DNA from: Isurus oxyrinchus
Taxonomy: Eukaryota
Assembly (NCBI GenBank): GCA_026770705.1
Contig: JANJGN010000009.1
Coordinates: 140,802,001-140,866,000 of the forward strand
Length of the DNA stretch: 64,000 nucleotides
Direction of reading: 5' to 3'
Position numbers and translations under genes: made by a program. Of this stretch, positions 1 to 13,066 are shown piece by piece (the first letter of the stretch is position 1; each line of letters begins with the position of its first letter). The notes beneath the pieces were generated by a model, which was not told the DNA's origin, made no database searches, and saw only the letters and a list, made by a program, of their open reading frames with translations.

Positions 1-229
1 GCCCAATGATTCATAAGTGTTCCAGCCAGCTAGACATCATTCCCTTTTATTATAATTTTTCACTACATTTCTTAGCTTGCGATGATCTAAAATTGAAAAT
101 GCATGAACTTCTGAGTGTCAACAGGCTTCTCAATTCTGGGGGTATCACAACGCAATCCTTTCTTGACCCGAATACTTTCCAGCAAGAATTTTGGTTAGTG
201 AACAGGAACAGGAACTTCTCCATAACTTA

Positions 230-944
230 GGCTAGGATTTCCCGGTCGGCAAGCGGGGGGCAGGGCCTGCTCGTCAATGCGTAAAAAGACGTGGGATGAC
301 ATCAGGCAGAACTCCGGACGTCACCCCGCCCCATTTCAATTTTCAGGTCGGCAGGGGCTCAGCCGAGTCAGCTGTGCGCTGTCGACCTGTCAATGGCCAA
401 CTGAGGCCATTGACAAAGTAATTAAAGTACTTAATGGACCTGCCCGTATAACCTTAAGGTTGGCGGGCAGGTCAGGAGCCTTGGCGGGCATTGGAAAAAG
501 CATGAAACCTCATCCACATGCGGGACGAGGTTTCATGTAGGTTTTAAAATTTTTAATAAAAGTGTCAATGAAAGTGATGGACATGTCCCAACTCATGTGA
601 CAGTGTCACATGAGGGGACACGTCAGGGGAATTTTTTTTTTTCTATTGCTAACATTTTTAATTTTGGTGTCAATCTCCCTGAGGCAGCACTTAATCTCAG
701 GGAGGTGAGTGAGCTCTTCCGTGCGCATGTGTGAAAGAGCGCACTCTCAGCTTAGGGATTCCATCCCCCCACCTGCACAGGGGGGCGCACAGCGCTTCCT
801 TGCGGATGTCACGCTGGGCGGGTCTTAATTGGCCCGTCCACGTAAAATGGCGGCGCGCCCCGAATCGGGGGTGCCGATCGGAGGCGTGCCTCCATGCGCC
901 CGCTCATAAACTCCCCCCCCCACTACGGGTGGAAAATTCTGCCC
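230..944 (+). mobile_element. Non-autonomous Harbinger-like MITE, copy 1 (~715 bp)
   Basis: Imperfect TIRs GGCTAGGATTTCCC ... GGAAAATTCTGCCC. Central hairpin CTCATGTGAC-AGT-GTCACATGAG. Homologous to 7216-7901 (inverted) and 51973-52661. CpG-rich relative to its flanks. Confidence 0.8.
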
Positions 945-1359
945 ATCGGCTGAATGCAGTGTTCCCAATACTGCCCAAATAAGATCAGCTAGTACAGAAC
1001 AGCGGATGAATCTGGAGCCTTGCTAGTTTGAATAACTCATACTGATTCTGATGATGTATTTATCTACTGAGCCCTTGAGGAGGAAGCAGATGTGCGAGCT
1101 TCTTTGGCTTATGGCAGCAAAGTTAGGTAAAGAAAAAAGATTCACAGGACAGTGGAAAGAATGTGTTTATAATTTTACTACAAATAACGAAGTGAGGAAA
1201 ACAACCTGCATGGCGCTTTGCAACAGTGCCAACTGCAATGTATATTCACCCCACTTAACAACAATACAAAAGGGATTACAAATCTGATGATAGGTCTGCT
1301 AGGAAATCCATTGATCTGTGTCCCTGTGTGTCCCGGTGGGGTACAGCATGTTCCAATGC

Positions 1360-2286
1360 TGTTACAGCGGTTCCTGCACAGGAACAAGGGTGGGACCTGC
1401 TGGGGGTGTTTTGATTGGTTCCCCAGATCAGTTCAAGGGTCAGTTAACAGCAGTTCAAGGGTCAGTCAATTTTAGTCAGTCATTTAGTTAGGGGCAAATG
1501 AAGAAGGTGACGAGCTCCATGCAGCTAATGTGCTGCTGTTAGCCCTAGGAGCCATTTGGTAACTCTGTGCAGTTGGGGCTCAGATGAAGTCACCGTAGCC
1601 ATTTGCTTGTTCCATACTACTGAAAGAGTTCAGTTTATAGGAAGCTTTGGGAGCCATTGATAGCTCAGTGCACCCAATAGTTGGGGCTCAAGAAATCCTA
1701 TGTTACTGACTGTGTTCAGAAGCAGGGGGGTGAAGAGTCTCCTGGCAGAAGAGGTGTTGTGGTGAGCTGACTCCAGGCAGTTAGGGCTGGGGAGAAGTCC
1801 TGAGGAGCAAACCCTGGAAGAGAGCAGTCGAAAAGGCAGTGTGAATCAGTGATTTTTGGAGGTAATTTGGGAGCTAGGTCTTGGAAATTCCTCATATGGG
1901 AGACAGAGTTTTAAAGAGATTGTGTAACTCACAGTGAATACTAACATCTGGGTGGGTTCTTGAGAAATTTATGGACTCTTTCTTGGTTGCATCTGTCATT
2001 TACTCTGTAGTGTGGTATGTCCAACCAGAGTTTGTCTGTTAATTCATATGTACCTCATGTTAATCCTGAATGTTAGAGTATAAGATATATGTATATATTG
2101 TGAATTGTTTTACTTTTCTAACTTTGTATTGTAAAGTTTGCGTTTGTTCAAATCCCATGGAATCTTGTGGTTTAATTCCAAAAGCAGTTGTCTTTAATCT
2201 CAACCTTTAACAACTTTAACCAAAACATTACTAGTCCTTAACTAGACCTCCACCCACGTCCCAGGGTCTGGCCAAGGATCGTAACA
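1360..2286. mobile_element. Probable solo LTR
   Basis: Begins TGTTAC and ends GTAACA (TG...CA with 6-bp terminal inverted repeat). No coding content. No convincing TSD. Confidence 0.4.
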
Positions 2287-2306
2287 GGTCACAGACGTGA
2301 AACAAT

Positions 2307-3043
2307 GGGGTGAATTTTCCTGTGGACATTAGAACCCCAAGGTCGAGCTGTAAAGTGAATCCTGAGCCCATACTTGCTGGCAGTAGAATTGGCTCGGGAA
2401 TTTTACCACTGGCAATCTCCTAATTTGCCATCTGTGGGGCCGCTGTCCAATTAAGGATGATGGGTGGGCTGCTGATGCTGCTGGCCTAATCAGAGTTGCG
2501 GCAGCTCTGGAGCATCAGCAGTGCCATCAGGAGAGGTGGGTGCTGCTGAGGCAGGTTGGGAGACTTGGAGGCACCTCAAAGTGGAGATGCCTTAGTAAAG
2601 GGGATTATAAATTTAAATTCAGGATGCCAAGGGGGAAGACCCTGCAAACACAGAGCAAACCTATCTGAAGGCTGCCTTTACATCCTGTGCCCCCTTCTGT
2701 GGAGCAGGGAGCCTCAGGCTCTGATGCACCCCCATCTCACCCCCGGGCTGCCGTAAGGAGATGGCCTCCCTGAAGCTGAAGGTCTCCCATGAGTTGGGGC
2801 AGCCTTCCTCCAAATCAGCAAAATGCTTCTGCCCCCTGCACTGTAAAATGACCCTTAATAAGGCCTTTAATTATGCAAATCTGCTACCTGCCTCCTTGAA
2901 ATGGACAGGCAATCCTCCTAGCAGCTTTCCATTTGGAAAATTCCTTGGCAGCAGGACTGCATTGGGGAACTATCCTGTCACAGCTCCCCGCTATTTTATC
3001 GGCCTCATTGCCTCCATTCCCCTACCCGGATAACTCTTTGCCC
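2307..3043. mobile_element. Degenerate Harbinger-like MITE (related family)
   Basis: Starts GGGGTGAATTTTCC and ends ...TTTGCCC. Shares internal CAATTAAGG and AAGGCCTTTAATT motifs with the other MITEs. Confidence 0.5.
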
Positions 3044-3152
3044 GTTAATTCTGTTTCTCTCTCCACAGATGCTGCCAGACTGGCTATGCATTCCTAGAAT
3101 TTTCTGCTTTTATTTCAGATATCCATCAGCTGCAGTATTTTGCTTTTGTTTT
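3044..3152 (+). mobile_element. Penelope-like terminal (pLTR tail) fragment
   Basis: GTTAATTCTGTTTCTCTCTCCACAGATGCTGCCAGAC...TTTTGCTTTTG matches the termini of the PLE copies at 16130-16200 and 39390-39488. Confidence 0.75.
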
Positions 3153-4675
3153 GGAATAAAGCCTTGCCCTGCAGGCTTCAATAAGTTGCAGCTGAGTAGC
3201 AAAACAATGGCTAAAAATATCACAACAGCACTCATTCATAATCTTAATTGTAATTTTAACGGGGAAATATGCTCGAGTGCCTATGCAGACCAAGATCTCT
3301 CAGCGCTTCTAGAGCTGTCTTCTCCCAGCAGGCAGGATTACTTCACCTGGTACTAATTTCCCCTAGGTTGCTATGGAAATAATAAAAGGATGATCAATAC
3401 AAAGCATTAACTCCTTCATTAGTGACAGCATTGATGTGCCTGCTTCAAAATTCACCTTTCTCCATTGTTGCAGGTAGACCTGGAGATAATTGGAAGATAT
3501 TTCACTTGTGATGATTGGTTGAGGCAGTTTTTTGAAAACACCATCTTTCATAGAAGTGAAACAATACAGGGAGTTCCCCAGCACTGGTGAGATGTTCTGC
3601 TTCATCTGTTAGTACCGCTGCCATAGCTTGCCTTATGTATACACCATTTGAATGTGTGTGGGAGTCAGGACCCAGTGCGGTCTTCAGATGAAGAATGGTT
3701 AAAGTATTGGAGATAAGTGAACCTGGGCACCCAAACGATATTCAGTCCCCATTTTAAATATGTTCTGTCCTTATACCTTGAGTTTCTATGATAGTTAGCA
3801 GTTAAAATCAAAGATTTTGGTGATTTGGGAAGCAGCAAAATTTAAATGGTGAAGCGTATGAGTTTCTTTGTGAGCAGAAGACCTGGGAACCCTCATTTGG
3901 AGGGTGCAATTACAGCATAACAAGTTTATGTTGTCAGCTTCCATTAGTAGTGTGACTGGAAATAGTGACACCACTATTCTTGAGCAGAATGGAGATGATT
4001 AGATAATTACCCCATCAATCAAGCCTGGAGCCCACATTGCTGTAAGTCATCTGGATTGATTTTGCATGCAGAATTTGTATGTAATTATATTGACACTGCA
4101 TTTTGCTGAAGAAATGCCCGATCTTCCATCAGGAGATGTTGCATGGCTTCTGCTCGCTGTAGTTCATAGAGACTCTTCTAGACTTTGCAAACTGTTCACT
4201 GTAGGCCGCTGTTTAACAGACTCCATTTGGTGAGTAAATAGATTTTGATAACTATAAAATAGACTGTTCGCTTAGAGTCTCAACGCAAGTCATTGGCTGA
4301 CACAGTGCAGCTCACTGGCTAGTACAGCAGTATCAATAGGCACCATTTTTAATGTGGGATTTGAGAGTTTATAACTTACTACAGGAGTAAAGTTTGTAAA
4401 CTGAAAATGTGGCTGGAGATAAAAATTTTAGTACGTTAATAGATATTTTTGTTTTCATAATTCTCCCCACCCCTGCCATCTCTCCTGAAAACTCTAACCC
4501 TTGCTGTAGTACACTTTTGTAGTGCTTCATCCAGAATCAGACAGCAATTGGTAGCATGCTATTTGAGTACGGATGGCATCACAACTGAATCTAGTTTTTA
4601 CCCAATGTCTATATGTGTATACATTTGAGCTGGAGTTAACTGATAGCAAACAGAAATAGACAGATTTTTAACTTA

Positions 4676-4829
4676 ACTGAGATAGATAGATTTTTAATCA
4701 GTAAGTAAATCAAGGGTTTTGGGGAAAAGGCAGGAAAGTAGAGTTGAGGATTATCAGATCAACCATGATTAATTGAATAGCGGAGCAGACTTGATGGGCC
4801 GAATAGCCCACGTCTGCTCCTACGTCTTA
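4676..4829 (+). mobile_element. CR1 LINE 3' tail fragment
   Basis: GATAGATTTTTAATC...GATGGGCCGAATAGCC...CTGCTCCTACGTCTT is the same tail as 13851-14010 (inverted) and 55150-55310. Confidence 0.75.
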
Positions 4830-6089
4830 GGTCGAACAAGTGCAAGAACATTCAGTAATTTCTTTCCCCCCCCAACAATTGTAACTCTCTTAATCCTTTG
4901 CTGTCTGAAATAAGTTATCTCAGCACAGTCTCATCTTTGCCTACTGGGAGCACTAAATTTTCATTTTCACTAATTTGATTATGTGTTAATAATAATAATA
5001 TTTCACACACATGTACTGTGAAGATAGTCATGAAAAAAAATCATTGTTCTTGACATTCTTCTTTAGTTCTCGGCCCAAAGGCAGGGCAGACCCACAGTGC
5101 TGCAACTTCCACTATATGTAGGGCAAGGAGAAAGGTCCTGAGTCCAACTCAGTCAGAACATGGATCAAACCCAATGCTGTTGGCACCAATCTCATCCAAT
5201 TGAGCCAACCGGCTGCCCAAGGAGTCTGAGTTGCTGTGGCAACATGCACTATTGCATGCATATCGTAGCCTGGTGCTATGAATAGTGATGGTAGAGGCTC
5301 CAATTTTCTTTCCATCACATGGCTGACCAGGAATCTCTCCTGCTCTTACCACTTGCTATTGGCGTATGTTGGAAGCATTTACAGGTTGATACACAACCGC
5401 ATTATGAATGCAACTTCCCTGGTCATCAAGGGGTCTTGAGCTCAGAGCTTCTGGCTCAGAGGGTGGGACGCTGCCAGCTGTGCCACAAGATCTCCATGTG
5501 TTTGACATAATTTGAACAAAAACATTACTGCCATTCACTTCCACACCATTGACACAGTTTCTTCAGGGTTTCCGCAGATCTTCTGCCAAAGTTACAGTTG
5601 TTGATAGGGAGAACCTGCTGAATTAAAAATATTACCAATACATCCAATATTGACCATGGTCCATCCCTAAAGCCAAGTAGCAGATTATTAATGCACCCTC
5701 CAGGTGATACAACCATCTCTATCCATCAGGGGATATTGAACTGGGCACCATGAAGCATAGGCCACTGTCAAATATTTAGTTAGTTTAGTTGATACTGTAC
5801 CATAGAGTCATATATAGCCATGGTCCTTACACAAACTCATGTTAGCAATGCCATGAGCCTAACTATTGGCATTCCAGGCTCTTGCAAATAACACATATCA
5901 ATTAGTGTTATTCATTTTGAGCATTCAAAATTACTTCTAGGACTATAGCCTCCACATGGCCTGTTGGAGTTAATAATAGGCTTTTTGTCAAATGGTTCTG
6001 TTCTGCAGCTGAATACTTTCAACAGAGATTTCATGGGTTACATAAAATTCCTACAAACTATATTATTTTTCTCAAACCACATCACTGAC

Positions 6090-6265
6090 TGTCCTTAGTC
6101 TCAGTTGATAGCAGCCTTCATTCTGGGTCAGCAGGTTGTGACTTTGAGTTCCATTCCAGAGTTTGAATGTATAATTTAGGCTGACATTCCAGTATAGTAC
6201 TCAGCGAGTGTTTGGATGGTCAGATTGCCATCGTTCAGATCAAATGTTAAATTCATATCCTGGCA
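6090..6265 (+). mobile_element. Decayed tRNA-headed SINE (Deu-domain/SacSINE-like head)
   Basis: Degenerate A/B-box-like head followed by GGCTGACATTCCAGTATAGTACTCAGCGAGTG. Related inverted copy near 35560-35705. Family assignment from recall. Confidence 0.45.
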
Positions 6266-7215
6266 ACTATTGTGACTTTGAGTACTGGTGTAGAATGGAT
6301 ATCAGTGAATCAGCAGCTTTCTTTAACATTTCTCTCAAATTTTATTTCTATTGACTTCAGTGTCAATAAAAAATTGGGTGAGATGTAAAATGGGCTGCTG
6401 ATTCACTATTTCCCATTTTATACAATTGTGCAAAGCCAAAATTATCCAAATCATGCCACACATTTGCAGGCCTGGTAGACACTAAATATTCCATGGTATG
6501 ATCTGTAGAAGAACAAGCATTTCCCCTGAGGGGGAATTTTATCTTGCTTGGATTGGTGAAAATGGGTTGGTAATGGGGTTAAAATCAAGCTCCCCATTCC
6601 GCCTCTGCCACCGTTTTAACTTGGTCCTTCTCCTGAATGACCCAATGACCACCTGAATCAGGTGAGAGCCTCTTTCATTGATGAAAAATGGGATCCCATG
6701 ATGTATAAGTGACTTTTTAAGGGTGACTGGGGTGAGAGGAAGAAGCCTCAAAAACTTAAGCCGAAAATTATTTTGGTGCGGCTGGGAGGAGCAAGGGTGC
6801 TCTTCCAGGATCCACAAGAATAATGTGGGCTGCAGCCAGCTCAGGCTGCCCCCCACCACACCAAACCCCATCACCTCCCAATACCATTCCCGGCCCCAAT
6901 CCCACCCCACAGACCTACTTTTCTGCCAGCTGGATTAGTGTCTGGGCCAACTAATATGCCATTGGTCAGTTGCCCTATAGTTTAAATTGCTCCTTTGATG
7001 CAATGGCCAGCTCTTTTCATTCAGCCAAGACCACCAAACAAAATAAAAACCAAATTAACATGTCATTGACATCGAGCCTGTTTCTGGACACGGCCTATGT
7101 AATGGTCACTGCGCACCAAAGAAAAATTCCATGTTTAACATGTTTTAAAACATTTTGCCAACACTTGGTGTAATTTAAATACAAGCAATGTTATTTGTCA
7201 TCCAGTGATGCCATG

Positions 7216-7901
7216 GGGAGAATTTTCTCCTCATCGGGGGGGGTGGGGTTATGCAGGGGCGGGCAGGGGTGGGCGCAAGCGGGTCTGCGCCGCCATTTTA
7301 CGTGGGTGGGTCAATTAAGGCCCACCCAGCGTGACGTGCACCCGGAAGCGCTAAGCACTCCTGTGCAGGTGGGGGGTAGGGGGTTCCCTGAGTTGGGGCC
7401 TGCACTCTTGCTCGCATGTATGCGAAAGAGTGCAGAAATCTCCCTGAGGCACCTCTATTAGCTTAAGTTTTAAAAATCTAAATAAAGAAAAAAAAAAATT
7501 TTAAGACATGTCCCCTCATGTGACCGTGTCACATGAGCTGGGACATGTCAATGAATTTTTATAAAAATTTTTATTCAATTTATAAACCCTTCATGAAATC
7601 TCATCCCGCCCGTGGATGAGGTTCCATGAAAAATGCAAAGGCCGTCTGGGCTCTTCACCTGCCCACCAATCTTAAGGTTGGACGGGCAGCTCAGTTTATT
7701 AGTTTAATTAGTTTTTAAATGGCCTTAATAGGACATTGACAGTTCAGCGGGCGCACAGCCAAGCCGGCTGTGTGCCCACCGTACTGAAAATCTAAATGAC
7801 GCGTGGTGACATCGGGACACATGCCCGACATCACCCCACATCATTTTACGCCTCGGCGAGCAGATCTCGCCCCCAACTCGCCGAGCCGAAAATTCTGTCC
7901 C
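7216..7901 (-). mobile_element. Harbinger-like MITE, copy 2 (inverted)
   Basis: GGGAGAATTTTC ... GAAAATTCTGTCCC flanked by ATG/ATG (3-bp TSD). Same central ACATGTCCCCTCATGTGAC...GTCACATGAG hairpin as copy 1. Confidence 0.8.
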
Positions 7902-10739
7902 ATGTTTTAGTGTGGTATGAAGTAAATTCCATCTGATTGATTACCTACACCCAAACTAAGAGGGGTAACTTGGAAATCAATGTCACACCCTTCTAGCCAC
8001 AATTGTTTTTTTTTAAGACAGGATCAAGTTACCTCCCAAACATTTCAATTTAAGTGTTCTGAAAGAAAATAGAGAAGAGAAAGAAATTAAAATTGAGAGC
8101 AGTGTTAAACAAATAAAGGCTTTAGTTTTGGGATATGAAAAAGCATACTAAAATGCCATGTATGCTAAAGTAAAAGAAATGTGGCATTTAAAAAATGCTG
8201 AGATTATTATGAGTTAAGAATTGTGCTTTGATTCTATATAGCTCATAATTTAGTTTCAATATTGGGTGTTTAGGGAACCTAATTTTCAATAAATGGTTTG
8301 AAAATAGCTAAGCAAATGCCACTCAAATCAATAAACACTGAAGGACATTTTTTTTCACTTACAAATATTTGCTGCATAAATCATGGCTAATATATCAAGT
8401 AAATGCTTCAAAAGGTTTGGATGGCAGTGTCAATGTCTGAATTAATGCTGTACGCTCACCCTGTCATATATTGTGGCAGCATACTGAAACACTACTGTCA
8501 AGGCTTTCATGGTCTTCAAGGGCTAAGCTATAAATAAGTCAAAACATGCGAACTTTGTTATATTTAACCACTGGGTGCAGGAAATCTACTGCAGGGCTGT
8601 AAAGATTCAAATCCCAAGTCAGAGGTTTCACACAGTGACTGCAGCTGACAGGCGACAGTGGAAAGAAAAGGACTCGGGAGGCATTTGTGTTACCTCATGT
8701 CAACCTGCACAGTGAGATTGTGAGACAGCTGCAGGCTAGTATTAATGAGAGTGACAAGAGTAACGCATTGACCAGCACTTGAGTCAATGGTTTAACTGAG
8801 GTTATGGAAACCCTTGGGAGCGTGTCAGATGGCAGTTCGGTGCAATTCACTCACGTATTTATTTGGCTTCAATTATTTCAGGTTGTTTATCTTGCTCATC
8901 ATGCAGCAATGATAAAGATGGGGAAAATACACAAGGAGCATGTCCTGATTCAATTCGGATTTAAGTGCAGCTTCGTGACCTAGTCATCAGGCATCCGCGT
9001 GAGCTGCTTTTACAGTCAGCTCTTTATTCAGTCATAAATCCATCACTGATTTCAAATTCTCCAGTTGACCAGAGAAATTTTGCACTTGATTAAATATAGA
9101 GCAGGTCAGGCCAAACTGATACAGGACTTGCTTTTGAAGATCCTATTTAAAGAGCAGAGAATACCATTGTTTTGAGGTATCACTTATGCTGGCGCCTGCA
9201 CTGCACACCTCCACAATTAGTCCTTCAAACTTGGCATAAGTTAAACAGAATGGATGTACCTGAAGGGCTGTCATGTGCCATAGCAAACAGAAATTATTGT
9301 AGGATAGAATGAACCATCACTACCTTCAAGAGAAAAGGCTTCAGGCTGCTCAAATGATCAAATGTGTGACTGCAACCCACAGAGACCATTTTCAGTCACA
9401 AGAGACAGAATTTAATGAAGACTCCAGGAGTGGGAAACGAGACGGGCAGGGTGAGTTAATTACATGGGAGCCAAAATTTCAATGGTGGTTCAAGTCAGTG
9501 GCAGTGGAGGCTCAGGCCTCACTTCATCCTGTAGCTGGTTGCTACTTGTAGCACGTTTGCATCCCGTGAATACTAACTATCTGAAAACTTTGCAAAATTA
9601 AGTCCTACCCTCAAAATTAAGTCAGTGGTGCATAGGAAACTCGTGACACCTGGTTTATATTCATTTAAGGTGGCGTGCACTAGTCGCTTTGTGTAGAAGT
9701 CTATGAGGTGAGTGGTTGTCTTTGCTAAACTCAGCGACACACGGGAGGGGAGCAAGAGAATGGCAGCTTGGATGGAGGGTCAGGACCGGCAAGGGCGGGT
9801 CAGGGATGAAGGGGTGGTGGGTATATAGGTTCAGGCAGGTGTATGGAGAGCTTCGGAAGCTGGTGGTGTTAGGCTGTGGAAGTCTGTGTCTTGGCTGTGG
9901 TCAGGAGGTGAGTGGGGACAGTCAGTGAATGAAGATAAACAAAATGAGGGGCCCCAAGGGTGGAGTCAGCACTGTCCAAAGTTGGGCCCTGCGGGTCAAA
10001 CGCAGGATGCTGGCTGGCAGAGGAAATGTTCACAGTCATAGGGGGAGGTTGATTTGTTAGGTGGGGCAGGTCCAGTCTGAGGTAGGGCTATTCGAAGGTT
10101 TCGTAGAGCAAGTCACAAGTTCTAACAGATGCTCAAAAGGATGATGTGTGGCAGGTGTAAAATCTGAGGAGGAAGTCCTATGGGGATGAAGGTAGGCTTG
10201 GAGAGGGGTAGAAGTGTCACGTCCACTTCCAAAATTACAGGGTCCAGGGTGATAGGGGGAGGTTCAAAGGCTACAGTGGAAAGGTGCACAGTGATGTTGG
10301 AAGGGTCAAGGGTGAGGGGGACAAAGTGAAAGGTGACAGGGGAGGGTGGATGGTCACTGGTTTCAATATGAGGGTCACTTGCACAATGTTACTGGCCATG
10401 TCTTAAAAATCTACTTGTAGCTGCCAGGAATCCAAGTGAGAGGAGGCCAGCATGGTGTTTTGAGAGGGGACAATGGGAGGAGTAGAAAATCTCACTGTTT
10501 AGCAGCTTTTTGGATCAAACCCATGGACACACAGGCTGTTATATCACTGTCTGCCTTTTTCACACAGTTCACTTGGTGGAATATCTATGCATCTCATACA
10601 CCCAATATCCCTACAATCTCTAGAGCAGGAGGAGAGGATGTGACAAAGGAGTGCTCTAGCCGATCAACAGCTGTCAGCAACAGGCAATATCCACCTGGTC
10701 TGTGACCACAGACAAAGGATGATACCGGTCTGTGCTTAT

Positions 10740-11260
10740 TTCCCAGGGAGCTCCCAAGACTCATATCTTGCACAATTCACAGTTTCCCTAACTTTGAGAC
10801 CCCGGCCCAGATTAATGGCTGGATTCTGAGTGACAAGGGCTATCCCCTCTGGACCTGGCTTATGATACCTGAGAGGCATTCCCGCAGCACAGCAGAAGAG
10901 CATTACAACACAGCCCATATCTCTACCAAAGCCATCACCAAACAGGCCACTGTTTGTGCTCCTGTTGCCTTAAGAAGTCCAGAGGGGCTCTGCAGTATGT
11001 ACCACAAGTGGTTTCATGGATAGTCACAGAATATTGTGCACTGCACAATGTGGCAATGCAATGTGGTGAATTCTTGCATCAGGACAACAGAGAGCAGCAA
11101 AACTCCTCCTTGGCTGAGGATGAATGGGATAAGCCTGAAGAAAAGGACATGAATGTATATGAGCCTCTACTAGATACCAGGGCCTTAGAGGGATATGCCA
11201 TGGATAATCTCACATTGCTCAGGATTGAGTCCTATTGCCAAAAGAGGTTTACCTGCTCAG
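10740..11260 (+). pseudogene. Harbinger DDE transposase C-terminal remnant
   Basis: DKGYP and GALQY...CALHN motifs followed by an acidic tail; frameshifted. Confidence 0.7.
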
Positions 11261-11276
11261 GATGTCTACCAACCCC

Positions 11277-12042
11277 AAAACAAAAGCAGAAATACTTGGA
11301 AAAACTCAGCAGGTCTGGCAGCATCGGCTGAGAAGAACAAAGTTGACGTTTCCAGTCCTCATGACCCTTCAACAGAACTAAGTAAAAATAGGAGAGGGGT
11401 GAAATATAAGCTGGTTTAAGGTGGTGGGGTGGGGGGAGAAGTGGGGAGTGGTGGTTGTAGGGACAAGCACGCAGTGATAGGAGCAGATAACCAAAAGATG
11501 TCACAGACAAAAGAACAAAGAGGTGTTGAAGGTGGTGATATTATCTAAAAGAATGTGCTATTTAAGAAGAATGGATAGCAGGACACACGAGGTACAGATA
11601 GCTGTAGTTGCGGGGGGTGGGGGGGGTGCGGTGTGGTGGGGTGAAATAAGACTAAAAGGGCATAAAAGGTAAAGATTTAAAAATAATGGAAATAGGTGGG
11701 AAAAGAAAAATCTATATAAATTATTGGAAAAAACAAAAGGGAAGGGGAAGAAATGGAAAGGGGGTGGGGATGGAGGAGGGAGTTCAAGTTGTTGAACTCA
11801 ATATTCAGTCCAGAAGGCTGTAAAGTGCCTAGTCGGAAGATGAGGTGCTGTTCCTCCAGTTTGCGTTGAGCTTCACTGGAACAATGCAGCAAGCCAAGGA
11901 CAGACATGTGGGCAAGAGAGCAGGGTGGAGTGTTAAAATGGCAAGCGACAGGGAGGTCTGGGTCATTCTTGCGGACAGACTGAAGGTGTTCTGCAAAGCA
12001 GTCGCCCAGTTTGCGTTTGGTTTCTCCAATGTAGAGGAAACC
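11277..12042 (-). mobile_element. 5'-truncated Penelope-like element
   Basis: Encodes the GIY-YIG C-terminus (RKLEEQHLIFRLGTLQPSGLNIEFNN). Flanked by perfect 14-bp TSD TGTCTACCAACCCC (11263-11276 / 12043-12056). Confidence 0.9.
11341..11379 (-). ncRNA. Minimal type I hammerhead ribozyme motif (variant core)
   Basis: Minus strand AGTT-CTGTTGA-AGGGTCATGAGGACTG-GAAAC-GTC-AACT: stem I AGTT/AACT, GUC triplet, loopless palindromic stem III; core reads CUGUUGA rather than CUGAUGA. Confidence 0.55.
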
Positions 12043-13066
12043 TGTCTACCAACCCCTGCCAGCCTCCATAACACACCTTCCCCTGCCACCCCGCCCCTGG
12101 AGATACCTCTGAACCTGTGTCCTCTACCATCAAGAATAGGAAGAGGAGTGGACTTCCATTACACGCTGTCACTACTGAAGACTGTTATCAAGGACATCTG
12201 ATTTACCAAACAGGCTGTCATGACCGAGATCTCAGAACCTGCTCCATTGTTACAGTTCCTTGACTTCACATAAAGCAGTTCAATTGTACCTTTGGAACAT
12301 AATCTTAGACAATCTCCTTGACATTGCAAATAAGGGAGCGTCTGCAAAGCCCTCACGTTCTCTATGTCTCACAGTCTGGTGAACATAAAGATTGATCACA
12401 AACATACAACAACATAATCTCCCACACAGTAAAGGAAATGTTAAACATTCTCCTGCAGCCTTCAATGAGTGCCAACCATGAGGCATTCCAGTATAGTTAG
12501 GTCTCTGACTAAACAAGTCACAAAAAAGATTATGATGCACATACAAGTAAAGTGAAAACAATATACTGTGCAATATCTACAAGGGTCAAAGTAATTTTGT
12601 AAAAACACCTTTGCATTCTCATAATTTTTTAAGCTTCCTTTTCCTACCACTACATCATGGTGTGACCCTGACATCAGCAGCTGAGGTGGAGGCAGGCTGC
12701 TGAGTGTGATGTGCTGTTGCATGTGATGACTTTGGTGGGCGTCCTCTGGAGGTCCAGGGTCTTGAGGGCTCCAGGTCACTGTAGGTGCCCTGCATGGGTG
12801 CAGGGGTAACTTCCTCAGCCATGCCTACTGGAGGCAATGAGATGAATAGTAGAGGGGATGAGGAGAGACCGCTCATCCTGGGAGTGGCCTGAGAAGAATA
12901 CCCTGGGGTAGTTGGCACATGCTGCCCCTACAACTGGGTGTGCAATGGTCCCGTTTCCTCGTCCCCCTCTCACCTAGCCACTGCTGGATGGAGTCTAAGG
13001 CAGTCACCAACCTCTCCATGGACGAAGCAATGTGCTCACATGCCTGAGACTTGGCAGAAATCATGG

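Noticed and set aside
3363-3605. Minus-strand 80-aa ORF with a donor-like AAG/GTGAAT as a possible host exon
   Set aside because: No recognisable protein, no polypyrimidine acceptor, and no partner exons.
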